64,000 bases of DNA from an uncultured Gammaproteobacteria bacterium (GCA_964551605.1 CAZKCV010000002.1:8500-72499); one strand, 5' to 3'; shown: positions 1 through 9,959, counted from the stretch's first letter. Translations and numbers: made by a program. Notes: generated from the sequence alone by a model not told the origin.

Positions 1-384
1 GATGATTACCCGGATTTTGTTTCCAAAGCAGCAGAAGCTGTATCAAAAGACCCGACCAGCAGGGGGATTATATTCGGAAGCTCCGGACAAGGAGAGGCAG
101 TAGTTGCCAATAAATTTAAGAATGTGAGAGCTGTAGTTTTTTATACGCCTTGTATCCCCAATCACCATGTAGATGTGACAGGCAGAGTTAGTGAAAATCC
201 TTTAGAGATGATTCGTTTAACCCGTGAACACAACGACGCGAATATTTTGTCAATTGGGGCAAAGATCTTAAAAGAGGAAGATGCATTAAGAGCTATCAAC
301 CTTTGGCTCAAATCTTCTTTTAATGGTGACGAAAGACATGTCAGACGCATTGAAAAAATCCGTAAGATTGAAGAATCTCTATAA
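1..384 (+). CDS. rpiB: ribose-5-phosphate isomerase B (RpiB/LacAB family), 5' end outside window
   Basis: Frame open from window start (DDYPDFVSKAAEAVSKDPTSRGIIFGSSGQGEAVVANKFKNVRAVVFYTPC...). Conserved RpiB C-terminal region. Stop overlaps start of next gene (TAATG). Confidence 0.75.
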   Translation, partial: DDYPDFVSKAAEAVSKDPTSRGIIFGSSGQGEAVVANKFKNVRAVVFYTPCIPNHHVDVTGRVSENPLEMIRLTREHNDANILSIGAKILKEEDALRAINLWLKSSFNGDERHVRRIEKIRKIEESL

Positions 385-1040
385 TGGTCCAAATTATTCC
401 GGCAATACTTTCTACAACAGAAGAAGACTACAACAGGGATATTTCCCGCTACAAAGCTTCTAAGTCCTTTCAGGATGGCTGGATCCATATTGATTTTATG
501 GATAATGTATTTGTGCCAAATAAAAGTATTGATGCTTCCTCTACGGCAAAGTATCCTACTCCTTTACATAAAGAAGCCCATCTTATGGTAGTACACCCTA
601 AAGATTGGGTAGATGATTTGGTCGAAGCAAATTATGAAAGGGTAATTTTTCATATTGAGATAGAAGATGATAAAGATAAGTGTATAGATTACATCAAAAG
701 TAAGGGTGTTGAGGCAGGATTAGCTATAAATAATGCTACTCCTCTGGAAAAACTGAAGCCTTTTTTAGGAAAAGTTGACTTGGTATTGGTAATGGGAGTG
801 GTGCCGGGATTCCAGGGTCAGCCGTTTATTCCCGAGAGCCTGGATAGAATTAAAGAGCTGGTGCTCATCAGGGCAGAAAACAATTACAATTTTAAGATCG
901 GCATAGATGGGGCGGTCAGGGATACTAATGTTAAAGATATTCACGATTCAAGAGTAGATTTTATTACCATTGGTTCGTATCTGCTAAAGGGTGATATTGA
1001 TCAAAACCTGGAAAATATTTGGGAAGCGATTAATGGATAA
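384..1040 (+). CDS. rpe: ribulose-phosphate 3-epimerase
   Basis: 218 aa, typical Rpe motifs (IIPAILS, HIDFMDNVFVPN, GQPF). Adjacent to rpiB and transketolase. Confidence 0.85.
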   Translation: MVQIIPAILSTTEEDYNRDISRYKASKSFQDGWIHIDFMDNVFVPNKSIDASSTAKYPTPLHKEAHLMVVHPKDWVDDLVEANYERVIFHIEIEDDKDKCIDYIKSKGVEAGLAINNATPLEKLKPFLGKVDLVLVMGVVPGFQGQPFIPESLDRIKELVLIRAENNYNFKIGIDGAVRDTNVKDIHDSRVDFITIGSYLLKGDIDQNLENIWEAING

Positions 1041-1668
1041 AAACCTCAAGGAAAAGAAGGTTATCAGTGTGCAAAATGTGGCCATTTTTGGCTATGCTGA
1101 CGCTTCGGAGAATGATCATCTGTTTCAGGAAGTCAGGGAAGCCAGTAAAGTTTTGGCAGAAGCCGGATATGTAGTGGTAGACGGGGGTGGGCCGGGAGTG
1201 ATGCGGGCTGCCACAATCGGAGCCAAAGAAGGCGGGGGAAAGGTGATCGGAGTAACCCTTTATTCGGAAGATATTCCCAATTTTGAAGGCAGGGACCCAA
1301 AAAATTTGTTTGACGAGGAGATAAAAACAACCAATTATGTGGAAAGGACTTTAGCTTTGATGAAAACAGGCCAGATCTATTTAGTATTTAACGGAGGCAC
1401 CGGGACGATTTCAGAATTCGGTATGGCCTGGGGTTTAGCAAAGCTTTATTTTGGACACCATAAGCCACTGATTTTATACGGGAAGTTTTGGGAGAATATT
1501 ATTAATGCTTTTAAGGAAAATATGCTGATGCGCCCTCAGGAGATGAAAGTGTATAAGATTGTTGAATCCCCGGAAGGGATACTGGATGCTATCCAGGATT
1601 TTGAAGATGAGCTAAAAAGAGGCATACACAACCACACTTTATCTGCAGACGGCAGTTTCAATATTTAG
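1033..1668 (+). CDS. LOG family protein (TIGR00730-like Rossmann nucleotide-binding; cytokinin riboside 5'-monophosphate phosphoribohydrolase-like)
   Basis: Motifs VVDGGGPGVMRA and GGTGTISE. Start chosen at ATG 1033 (MDKNLKEKK); the track start at 991 overlaps the rpe C-terminus. Confidence 0.65.
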   Translation: MDKNLKEKKVISVQNVAIFGYADASENDHLFQEVREASKVLAEAGYVVVDGGGPGVMRAATIGAKEGGGKVIGVTLYSEDIPNFEGRDPKNLFDEEIKTTNYVERTLALMKTGQIYLVFNGGTGTISEFGMAWGLAKLYFGHHKPLILYGKFWENIINAFKENMLMRPQEMKVYKIVESPEGILDAIQDFEDELKRGIHNHTLSADGSFNI

Positions 1669-1680
1669 TACAATAGGTTT

Positions 1681-2538
1681 ATGACCCTTGCTGCCCGGGA
1701 TATTCAAAAGCTGGAAGAAAAAGCTAATTTAATCCGCCAGGATATAGTGAAGATGCTTTTAGAGGCAGGTTCCGGCCATTCTGCCGGTCCATTGGGGATG
1801 GCAGATGTTTTCACTGCGTTATATTTTCATATCTTAAATCATGATCCGGAGAAGCCGGATTGGAGTGAGCGCGACCGGTTGGTCTTATCCAACGGCCACA
1901 TTTGCCCGGTTTTATATGCCAGTTTAGCTCATGCCGGCTATTTCCCGGTTCCCGAGCTTATGAGTCTCCGAAAGCTAGACAGCAGATTACAGGGACATCC
2001 CCATAGGAGTGCTTTACCCGGTCTTGAAACTACTTCCGGTCCCTTAGGCTCAGGATTATCCCAGGCAGTGGGAATGGCTTTAGCCGGCAGAATTGATAAA
2101 GCCAAATGGCAGGTTTATTGTTTAATGTCAGACGGTGAACAGGATGCCGGCAACACCTGGGAAGCTGTGATGTTAGCCGGAAAAGAGAGGTTGCATAATT
2201 TAACAGGACTAATTGACCGCAATAATATCCAGATAGATGGTTTTACCGAAGACATCATGCCGCTTGAGAATTTAAGGGCCAAGTATGAAGCTTTTAATTG
2301 GCATGTATTGGAAATTGACGGCCACAACATGCAGGAAATTATTGACGCTTTTGCAGAGGCAAAGGCAATTTTTGAAAAGCCGACTTTAATTATTGCCCAT
2401 ACAATTCCGGGCAAAGGGGTGGATTTTATGGAGAATAAGTTTGAATGGCATGGTAAACCCCCAAGTAAAGAAGAGGCTAAACTAGCTTTGCAAGAGCTAA
2501 GGACTTTACAGGGAAAAATTAAATCGGAGCATCAATGA
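1681..2538 (+). CDS. transketolase, N-terminal (TPP-binding) subunit
   Basis: 285 aa, transketolase N-terminal section (GHSAGPLGMADV, SNGH, DGEQDAGNTWEA). Stop overlaps the next start (ATGA). Confidence 0.85.
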   Translation: MTLAARDIQKLEEKANLIRQDIVKMLLEAGSGHSAGPLGMADVFTALYFHILNHDPEKPDWSERDRLVLSNGHICPVLYASLAHAGYFPVPELMSLRKLDSRLQGHPHRSALPGLETTSGPLGSGLSQAVGMALAGRIDKAKWQVYCLMSDGEQDAGNTWEAVMLAGKERLHNLTGLIDRNNIQIDGFTEDIMPLENLRAKYEAFNWHVLEIDGHNMQEIIDAFAEAKAIFEKPTLIIAHTIPGKGVDFMENKFEWHGKPPSKEEAKLALQELRTLQGKIKSEHQ

Positions 2539-3524
2539 TTAATAAAAACGCCCATTTAAATCCGAAGCTTTTTGATCCTGATATTGAACAAGCGCCATCC
2601 CGTAATGGTTATGGTGAGGGATTAGTCATAGCAGGTGAAGAAAGTGCTCAAGTAGTGGCCTTGTGTGCGGATTTAACTGAATCTACCAGGACTCAGGAGT
2701 TTGCGGAGAAGTTTCCGGAAAGATTTATTGAGATCGGGGTGGCAGAACAGAATTTGGTAACAGTGGCTTCCGGTATGGCCGCAGCTGGCAAAATTCCTTT
2801 TATTTCATCATATGCTACTTTTTCTCCGGGCCGCAATTGGGAACAGATCCGGACTACGGTTTGTTACAATGACTTGCCGGTTAAGATTGTGGGTTCTCAC
2901 GCCGGCGTAACAGTCGGCCCGGATGGCGCCACCCATCAAGCCCTGGAAGACATGGCAATTATGCGGAGTTTACCGAATATGATAGTAATCTCTCCGGCAG
3001 ATTCAATTGAAGCCAGAAAAGCTACTTTGGCTATGGCCAGACTGGCTAAGCCTTGTTATATCCGACTGTCGCGGGATAAAGTTCCGGTGGTTACCACCAA
3101 CCAAACTCCTTTTGAGATAGGTAAGGCTGAGGTTTTCCATGAAGGTAAAGATGTAGTTATAATAGCTACCGGTCAGATGGTATATAGAGCTCTCCTCTGC
3201 GCCAAAGAATTATCTTCGCACAAAATTTCTGTTCGGGTAATAAATTGTTCCACTATTAAACCATTAGATAAAAACACTATTCTAGAAGCCGCGGAAGAAT
3301 GTGGTGCTATGGTAACAGTAGAGGAACATCAGATAACAGGGGGTTTGGGAAGCGCAGTAGCAGAAGTTTTATCCCAGAATTTTCCAATACCCTTAAAAAT
3401 AATTGGTGTGGAAGACCGGTTTGGCGAGTCCGGTGAGCCTAATGAGCTACTGCAAAAATTCGGCTTGACTAAGGAAGCTATAATTAAGGCTGTTACTCAT
3501 GTTTTGCGCATGAAAGGAAAATGA
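2535..3524 (+). CDS. transketolase, C-terminal (pyrimidine-binding) subunit
   Basis: 329 aa, transketolase C-terminal section (EQNLVTVASGMA, HAGVTVGPDGATHQ). Confidence 0.85.
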   Translation: MINKNAHLNPKLFDPDIEQAPSRNGYGEGLVIAGEESAQVVALCADLTESTRTQEFAEKFPERFIEIGVAEQNLVTVASGMAAAGKIPFISSYATFSPGRNWEQIRTTVCYNDLPVKIVGSHAGVTVGPDGATHQALEDMAIMRSLPNMIVISPADSIEARKATLAMARLAKPCYIRLSRDKVPVVTTNQTPFEIGKAEVFHEGKDVVIIATGQMVYRALLCAKELSSHKISVRVINCSTIKPLDKNTILEAAEECGAMVTVEEHQITGGLGSAVAEVLSQNFPIPLKIIGVEDRFGESGEPNELLQKFGLTKEAIIKAVTHVLRMKGK

Positions 3525-3952
3525 TTTCTTCAGACTTATCTAACAGGTTGATCTTTGTCTTAAGTTTGCTGGGGCTTGGTGTAGCCTCATTTTTATTTTA
3601 TGAATACAATATTGCCGGTACCATTGTTTGTCCCACCGGCCAGGGTTGTGATATTGTGCGGCTTAGTCCCTATTCCAGTTTTTTTGGCATCTCCATTCCT
3701 TTTTTAGGGATTATTTTCTACTTAACCATGGCAGTTTTGTCTGTGGTGCGTACCCATGGTATTTCATCAAAAATACATACTCTCCAGCTGTTGATTGCGG
3801 CCTCCGGAGTCGGCTTCGGAATTTATCTGACTTACCTGGAAATTTATGTGATCAAGGCGATTTGCTTTTGGTGCGTATTATCGTTTATAATATCCATTGC
3901 GCTTTTACTATCGGTTATTATAGTCCGTAAGTATAATGAAAACAGAAACTAA
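3521..3952 (+). CDS. vitamin K epoxide reductase (VKOR) family membrane protein
   Basis: 143 aa polytopic protein with loop Cys pair (CPTGQGC) and TM CxxC (CFWC), the VKOR hallmark. Directly followed by a DsbA-like gene. Confidence 0.7.
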   Translation: MISSDLSNRLIFVLSLLGLGVASFLFYEYNIAGTIVCPTGQGCDIVRLSPYSSFFGISIPFLGIIFYLTMAVLSVVRTHGISSKIHTLQLLIAASGVGFGIYLTYLEIYVIKAICFWCVLSFIISIALLLSVIIVRKYNENRN

Positions 3953-4586
3953 AGTATTAGGTGCTATTTTAATAGGCACGTTGCTTCTGCTTGTAGGCGG
4001 TATATTTTTACTTAGCCGTGGAAGCTCAGGTCCGGCCGGGATCGAGGGAGCTTCTGTTTCGCAGATTGATTATTCAAAAGGGCAAAAAATCGGCAGTGAC
4101 AGCGCCAAGGTAAAATTGGTAGAGTTTTCCGATTTCCAGTGCCCGGCTTGTGAGGCGGCTGAGCCTTTTGTGAGAAATATCCGCACCAGCTATCCTAATG
4201 ATGTTCAGTTTATTTACCGTCATTTCCCGCTGCCCCAGCATGCCTTTGGCAGGGTAGCCTCAGTTTATGCAGAAGCTGCTGCTCTGCAGGGTAAATTCTG
4301 GGAGATGCATGAGAAGTTGTTTGAAACCCAATCAGAGTGGTCTGTCTTGAGTGAAAAAGAGGCTGCTGAGTATTTCTTAAAGATAGCCAAGGAGCTAGGT
4401 TTAGATGAAAATAAAATTAAAGATCAGGTTAGTGATAGTACTATTCAGGCTAAGATTGACAATGACCTGGCTGAAGGCCGCAATCTAGGGGTTAATTCTA
4501 CCCCGACATTTTTCTTAAACGGCAGAAAGCTTACTTTACAAAGATTTGAGGATTTGAACACCGCGGTTTCGAACGCTCTTAAGTAA
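3936..4586 (+). CDS. DsbA-like thiol:disulfide oxidoreductase (thioredoxin fold), membrane-anchored
   Basis: N-terminal TM anchor, then thioredoxin-like domain with active site FQCPAC. Confidence 0.75.
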   Translation: MKTETKVLGAILIGTLLLLVGGIFLLSRGSSGPAGIEGASVSQIDYSKGQKIGSDSAKVKLVEFSDFQCPACEAAEPFVRNIRTSYPNDVQFIYRHFPLPQHAFGRVASVYAEAAALQGKFWEMHEKLFETQSEWSVLSEKEAAEYFLKIAKELGLDENKIKDQVSDSTIQAKIDNDLAEGRNLGVNSTPTFFLNGRKLTLQRFEDLNTAVSNALK

Positions 4587-5222
4587 ACTAAACTTTTTGG
4601 CAGGCCAGAAGATAATTAATAACCTAACCGGTATCGCAATAGCAGAAAGCACAAAAGTAATCCGTCCCAAAAACCGCTTGATTACCAAAACTCCTTCTAC
4701 CTGTTCCATTAGATAAAAATGTCCGACAGCTAACCCTAGCGCCAGGTAACTGGTAATTTGGACAGTTTTCCAAGTCTTTGGGCTTAAAAGTTTTAGAGCC
4801 TTTTTGCTGGAGGTTAAAGTTACGAGGAAAAGAATAGTAATTGCGGCCAGTCCTGCCAGGATGCCGGGATATTTAGGATGGGAGTAGTCAACAAACCTTA
4901 ACAGATTAAATTTGTAAAAATAAATAAAGACTAAAGTCACATGAGCTAAAGCTGCTAAAAAGCTGGTAATACCCCAAAATTTACGGTGGGCTTTTAGAAG
5001 ATTCAAACCGGGAAACAATTTGCATATGGGGCCGACTAAGAGGGTAATCGCCAGAAGGCTGATGCTTAAAAGCCCGCTTGTTTTGACCATCTCCGGGGGG
5101 GTGATTTTGCCGAAATTATAAAAAAGAAAAAAAGCCAGGAAAAGCATAATAGGTACCCCTATGTCAAAAAGGCGACGGGTAGAGTTTTTTTCTACATGAT
5201 AATGATAGGGATGGTTTTTCAT
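4536..5222 (-). CDS. ferric-reductase-like transmembrane (MsrQ/YedZ-like) heme-binding membrane protein, tentative
   Basis: 228 aa, ~6 TM. Conserved His in TM helices (KAHRKFWG...ALAH; AVGHFY), typical of bis-heme ferric reductase-like TM domains. Confidence 0.4.
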   Translation of the reverse strand: MKNHPYHYHVEKNSTRRLFDIGVPIMLFLAFFLFYNFGKITPPEMVKTSGLLSISLLAITLLVGPICKLFPGLNLLKAHRKFWGITSFLAALAHVTLVFIYFYKFNLLRFVDYSHPKYPGILAGLAAITILFLVTLTSSKKALKLLSPKTWKTVQITSYLALGLAVGHFYLMEQVEGVLVIKRFLGRITFVLSAIAIPVRLLIIFWPAKKFSLLKSVRNRGVQILKSL

Positions 5223-5275
5223 TGACAGAGAAGTGTCTATATAGATAGTATGATAATAGAAAGAGTTTTGTCAAA

Positions 5276-6082
5276 ATGGATGATCCTGCCCCAAAAGATA
5301 ACTTACTAAATCTTTCCGGAAAAGTAGCCATTGTCACAGGTGGAGCTTTGGGGATTGGTTTTGGAATCGCTTATAGATTGGCTGAAGCCGGGGCAAAGGT
5401 AATGATTGCTGACTTTAAGGAGCAGGAAGCGGCAGCAGCAGTCCAGAAATTAACGGAAAAAGGTTGGACGGCAAAAGCGGTCAAGGTAGATATTTCCAAT
5501 GAGGCGGATGTTTCTAGAATGGTCTTAGAAACAGTTAGTGTTTTTGGAGGATTGGATATTTTAGTCAATAATGCCGGAATTTATCCTTCTATTCCGGTAC
5601 TGCAGATGAGCGTGGGGGATTTTGACCGGGTGATTAATGTAAATTTAAGAGGGGTTTTTCTTTGCACCAAATATGCCTCTGGACAGATGATTAAAGCCGG
5701 AAAAGGGGGCAAGATTATCAATGTTACGTCAATTGATGCGCTTCATCCTTCATCCATCGGACTTGCTCATTATGATGCTTCAAAACACGGAGTGTGGGGT
5801 TTTACCAAAAATGTAGCCTTAGAGCTCGCTGTGCATAAAATATGGGTTAATGCCATAGCTCCGGGAGGTATTGCCACGGAAGGGGTTAAGGCCATGCAGG
5901 CACAAGCGCCTACCGGGGTAGATATGTCTAAAGTGCTGGAAAGTTTTTTGGCTAAAATCCCCATGCACCGGATGGGGGAGCCGGATGATATTGGTAAAGT
6001 AGCCCTCTTTTTAGCTTCAGACATGTCTTCTTACATGACCGGCTGCCAGATTGTAGTGGACGGCGGGGTATTACTGAGTTAG
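5276..6082 (+). CDS. SDR family oxidoreductase (FabG-like)
   Basis: GKVAIVTGGALGIG cofactor motif, NNAG, catalytic Y-x3-K (YDASKHG). Confidence 0.8.
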   Translation: MDDPAPKDNLLNLSGKVAIVTGGALGIGFGIAYRLAEAGAKVMIADFKEQEAAAAVQKLTEKGWTAKAVKVDISNEADVSRMVLETVSVFGGLDILVNNAGIYPSIPVLQMSVGDFDRVINVNLRGVFLCTKYASGQMIKAGKGGKIINVTSIDALHPSSIGLAHYDASKHGVWGFTKNVALELAVHKIWVNAIAPGGIATEGVKAMQAQAPTGVDMSKVLESFLAKIPMHRMGEPDDIGKVALFLASDMSSYMTGCQIVVDGGVLLS

Positions 6083-6220
6083 CCGGAGGTGAGACAAATT
6101 ATAAGTTTGGACAAGAAACATGAGCATCAGACGGTATAAGATTTATATATATGAGTCATGATTCTAAAAAAGTTGCTTTTTCATGTACATAGTGGTACTA
6201 TGGGTTAATTAGTTTAGCTT

Positions 6221-7810
6221 TTGAGCAGAAGGCTAATTATGCAGACCATTGAAATGGATGGGGTAAAAGTTGAGAATCCATCAAACTTAAATCCGTCCGA
6301 CGGGCAACCGCCTGATTCCTCCGTGGCGTCACAACATCATCGACGGTCCCACCCTTGGGCTAATAAACTGATACGGTGGGGTTTAGGGTTTTTAACAGTG
6401 GCCGCCCCTGCAGCTGATACCGGTATTAATATTTCCCAGGCCACAGCCCAGGAATTTTCCAAACAACAACCAGTCCATACCTTAGTACAGGAAACTCCTT
6501 CACACGGCACAGTGGCTGAAGATGTAGAAAAAGTTAAATCCTTAATCAGTGCTACTGAATCACTAAGTAATACCATGGCTTTAATTAATATGACAGAGGA
6601 GGAGTTAAAAAATAACCCCCTGGATGTCCGGGGCAAGGGATATCTTAAAGATGCGGATGGCAATGTTACAGTACAATTCCGCCTGAATGGGGACAGGTCC
6701 ATAGACAGGTCCAGAGTAGATCCGTCTACTTCCCAGCTTGAAGCCTACCTGCCTTATGCCCAAAACACCCCTGTGGAATATCCCCAGGCCTTTGCACTCC
6801 ATCCCGAAGGCAGAATAGCAATTCAAGGTGGGAGCGAACAGCCTGGTGGTCTAGAAACCAGACTAGCAATAAATCTTAATTTTGACAGAAATGGCAATAC
6901 TTTTGAAGGAGTGCCCTGGACATTTGGGGCAGGAACCGGGGTGGTCACTGATATTATTTTCGTCCCCCAGATTAATAAGTGGCTGGTGACGGTCAACAGT
7001 ATTGAGAAAAACACCAGTATCTATATTATGACTGTGGGAAATTCAATAATTGATACCAATATTATTCCAACTAATCTTAAAGATAGAGTTGCGGGAGGAT
7101 TAACCACGGCTGCGTATGATGCCTCCAGCAATAAACTAACAGCTTATTCGGCTGGTTCGGCAGATATAATAGGCGGCTTGCTGGAATATGAAATTAATCC
7201 CCAGACAGGAGAGGCCAGCGTCAGGCAGCTGTTTCCGGATGCAGGCTTCCTGGATGGATTACTGGTGGAAAATGACAGCAGCGGGAATACCAAAACAGTC
7301 TATGCCAATAGTCCCAATCAGAGAGCATTTTATATTTTTGATGTAGTTAATGGGACTAGTAGAGCGGTCAATACCTCATTTAGGCAAGAGTTAGCAAGTA
7401 TTGATGGATTTTTAGATGCAAGATTTTACGCCACCAGAAAACTTAATGATACATTCATCTCCGCCGGTTATTATTTTAGGTCAACAGGGGTAGCAGGAGC
7501 GATTGTAATAACCTGGCGGGAGGGAGCGGGGCAAAACGCGGCTCCGGTCTTTCTCAGCAAACAAGTGGTAGCCTCAAGAGATGGAGAGGATAATCCCCTG
7601 ACTATTGTATATAACGGCCTGGAATTACTTAAGTTCGGTAATTCACCTGTGGCTTTGGCAAAGATTAACCCTTTAGGTGAAATGGCAGCTGCCATTGGCC
7701 CGGATGGTAAATTCAGCCCGGAGCGGTATTTTCCCAATAAAAAGGCTGAGCAAAGATTAACCCGGGTCTATCTACCTGCAGTTCACAAAAATTTTGGCGG
7801 ACACTGGTAA
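6221..7810 (+). CDS. hypothetical secreted protein (529 aa)
   Basis: Long ORF with no recognisable catalytic motif. Hydrophobic segment near N-terminus (LIRWGLGFLTVAAPAAD). Alternative start at ATG 6239 (MQTIEMDG). Confidence 0.5.
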   Translation: MSRRLIMQTIEMDGVKVENPSNLNPSDGQPPDSSVASQHHRRSHPWANKLIRWGLGFLTVAAPAADTGINISQATAQEFSKQQPVHTLVQETPSHGTVAEDVEKVKSLISATESLSNTMALINMTEEELKNNPLDVRGKGYLKDADGNVTVQFRLNGDRSIDRSRVDPSTSQLEAYLPYAQNTPVEYPQAFALHPEGRIAIQGGSEQPGGLETRLAINLNFDRNGNTFEGVPWTFGAGTGVVTDIIFVPQINKWLVTVNSIEKNTSIYIMTVGNSIIDTNIIPTNLKDRVAGGLTTAAYDASSNKLTAYSAGSADIIGGLLEYEINPQTGEASVRQLFPDAGFLDGLLVENDSSGNTKTVYANSPNQRAFYIFDVVNGTSRAVNTSFRQELASIDGFLDARFYATRKLNDTFISAGYYFRSTGVAGAIVITWREGAGQNAAPVFLSKQVVASRDGEDNPLTIVYNGLELLKFGNSPVALAKINPLGEMAAAIGPDGKFSPERYFPNKKAEQRLTRVYLPAVHKNFGGHW

Positions 7811-7825
7811 AACAAAAATAAATTT

Positions 7826-9853
7826 CTAAGGTAAAGTGGGATTAGCATTTTCCGGGATTGATCTTTCGTTGCCGTTGCTGTTCATAAGATAACCATAAGT
7901 TCCCCAGGTACGAGTTCCAAGGCCACTATAAAGTTCGACATTGAAAACAGGTTTAATACGTTGTGTAAGTTTGGTAATTGGTTCTGCATATAACACTCCG
8001 GGAATAGTAACCGGAAGCGGCTGCCACTGGGTTGAGTTACGGTAGTAAACATAATAATTCCCTTGATTAAGGGTTTGGCCGTTTATTGTCCTGGTTTTAT
8101 TGACGGATAAAAGCATAAAACCATTGTTGTTCCTGACATGATCCATCAGTTGTTGCAAATTGGCACCAGTGCCGGGGGAGCCGGCGCTTTGGGTGAATGC
8201 CACTCCTACCAGTGCAACATTATCAGGTGTAGCATTCTCTAAAGACTGGGCTATTTGTAGGGAGTTGTAGTATCCGCTGCCAGCTTGTGCTGCACTTAGG
8301 CCGCTGATGCCATAAGTCCCCCTTGTGTTATCGGCGCTAGTGCCTCTGGTAATTTGTAAACTTTTTAGTTGGGGAGCGGTAGTGGTACAGGTAACAGATC
8401 TGGGAGAACCGGGCAGGAGAGTATGGGTGCCGGAGCCGATATTAATGCCGTAGGCATAGATATTGTGGGATCTGCCGTCCCTAAGGGCATTAGCCGGAAT
8501 GGCATAAGAGAAACCATGGTTGGGATTGCCGCCGCATTGTGCTCCCACAGCTGCCTCTCTAACAACATTAGCCTGGGTGCTGGTTAAAGGGATACCTGCC
8601 CCGGCCGGACCGTCCGCATAGAAATCTACCCTTAGGGAAGCATTGTAATTATCCCCGTCACAGGTCCAGCCGGTGATGGCCGCGCAAGTCCCGCCTTCCA
8701 GATTCCCCACCGGATTATAGGTGGCTTCCCCGTAAATCTGCAGGTTGGCCATATCTCCGGTTGCTGCATTGTAGCCGGAGGTGGGAGGATAACCCGGGGG
8801 AGAATAATAAAAAGTATTAAAGTAGGCCCGGCCAGAAGTATAGGCATTCCGGGTATTGATGCCGTTGATAAAGACATTGCCCTTGCCGCAGAAAGGATTA
8901 TCCAGCCTGACCTGGGAGCCGGAGGTATTGGTGCCGAAAAGGTCAATCTGGCGGGGTTCATTGGGCCGGTCGCAGTTATACCTGCCCTGTTCCCAGTAGC
9001 CGCCTTCTTCAGTATCTCGGCCCTGATCCAGGTGGGATTGCTGGATGGAGAGGAAATACTGCTGGCCGGGAGTAACCGAATTGCCGGGCAGGTTAACTTC
9101 CAGATAATTCCCGCTATTATCCGTTCCCTGCCAAGAGACAGTTTGGGAAGTCCAATTGGGTCCGGTATATTTTGTGGGTAGGCTGTTGGGCGGGGGGCTA
9201 CTCCAGTCAAAGGTAGACTCGCCAAAGATTACACCGCTGCCATATGGTACGCCCCACTGTGACCATTCATCCCGGAGACTCTGGTCAGTAAGCATTTGGT
9301 AAGCCCGGGTCCATTCAAGGGCCCGGGGGCAGGGCCGCTGGGGATCATTAATGATCATTCTTCTTAAGAATAAAGCTTCAATGGAGTTCTGGTCCACTCC
9401 GCAAAGGCTGGCCAAATCATTGGCTAACTCACCACCGATAAAAATCCGTTCCTCCCTGGCTAACATCGGCCCGGTAGGAGAAATAACCGTGGTCCGGCCT
9501 TCATAGCCAAACGGGCTGGATTGTCCTTCGGGAGAAGTAGCCACTTGAGTAGAAGCAGTTGGTTCTCCGGCAAATACAGCCACAGAAACTATCCCACCGG
9601 TGTTGCCTCCGGCATGGCCCAGTTTAAAGTCGGTTAACCTGATCCGGTTGACTTTGACCACTCCCGAAGGGGCGGCAAAGCTTTGGCCGGCCAGGTGGTT
9701 ATCGGTCCAGCCTGCCTCAGTAGTATTGCTGCCGGCCGGACCATTGCCCGGGAAAATTTCAATTTCAGCGGCTGAGGCCGGGGAGGGAAGAATAAGTAAT
9801 ATAAGTAATAAGAATAAACATGTAATGCTGAATAAAGCTTGAAGTTTTTTCAT
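7826..9853 (-). CDS. hypothetical large secreted/surface protein (Gly/Asn/Thr-rich)
   Basis: ORF 7826..9898. Start placed at 9853 (MKKLQALFSITCLFLLLILLILPSPASAAE), a classic signal peptide. No recognisable enzyme motifs. Confidence 0.5.
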   Translation of the reverse strand: MKKLQALFSITCLFLLLILLILPSPASAAEIEIFPGNGPAGSNTTEAGWTDNHLAGQSFAAPSGVVKVNRIRLTDFKLGHAGGNTGGIVSVAVFAGEPTASTQVATSPEGQSSPFGYEGRTTVISPTGPMLAREERIFIGGELANDLASLCGVDQNSIEALFLRRMIINDPQRPCPRALEWTRAYQMLTDQSLRDEWSQWGVPYGSGVIFGESTFDWSSPPPNSLPTKYTGPNWTSQTVSWQGTDNSGNYLEVNLPGNSVTPGQQYFLSIQQSHLDQGRDTEEGGYWEQGRYNCDRPNEPRQIDLFGTNTSGSQVRLDNPFCGKGNVFINGINTRNAYTSGRAYFNTFYYSPPGYPPTSGYNAATGDMANLQIYGEATYNPVGNLEGGTCAAITGWTCDGDNYNASLRVDFYADGPAGAGIPLTSTQANVVREAAVGAQCGGNPNHGFSYAIPANALRDGRSHNIYAYGINIGSGTHTLLPGSPRSVTCTTTAPQLKSLQITRGTSADNTRGTYGISGLSAAQAGSGYYNSLQIAQSLENATPDNVALVGVAFTQSAGSPGTGANLQQLMDHVRNNNGFMLLSVNKTRTINGQTLNQGNYYVYYRNSTQWQPLPVTIPGVLYAEPITKLTQRIKPVFNVELYSGLGTRTWGTYGYLMNSNGNERSIPENANPTLP

Positions 9854-9911
9854 TAGATTAATTATACTGATGGCTAGTCTTTTGTACAATCTACCCATTT
9901 ACCAATATCTA

Positions 9912-9959
9912 TTGACATAATCCCCTATTTATTATATGATATCCCCCTAGGAGGGATAT
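9912..9959 (+). promoter_or_regulatory. sigma70-like promoter (TTGACA-17-TATGAT) plus inverted repeat ATATCCC-N7-GGGATAT overlapping -10/RBS/start of csoR; putative CsoR operator
   Basis: TTGACA at 9912-9917, TATGAT at 9935-9940. Palindrome 9939-9959 with G/C-tract arms resembles known CsoR operators (GC-rich pseudo-palindromes). Confidence 0.5.

Noticed and set aside
162-488. 108-aa minus-strand ORF overlapping rpiB/rpe
   Set aside because: It is antisense to two well-supported conserved genes.
8365-9842. Several 60-200-aa ORFs on both strands inside the 7826..9898 gene (e.g. 8632..9225)
   Set aside because: They are embedded in a long G/N/T-rich coding region and have low-complexity composition and no start context. 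Treated as shadow ORFs.
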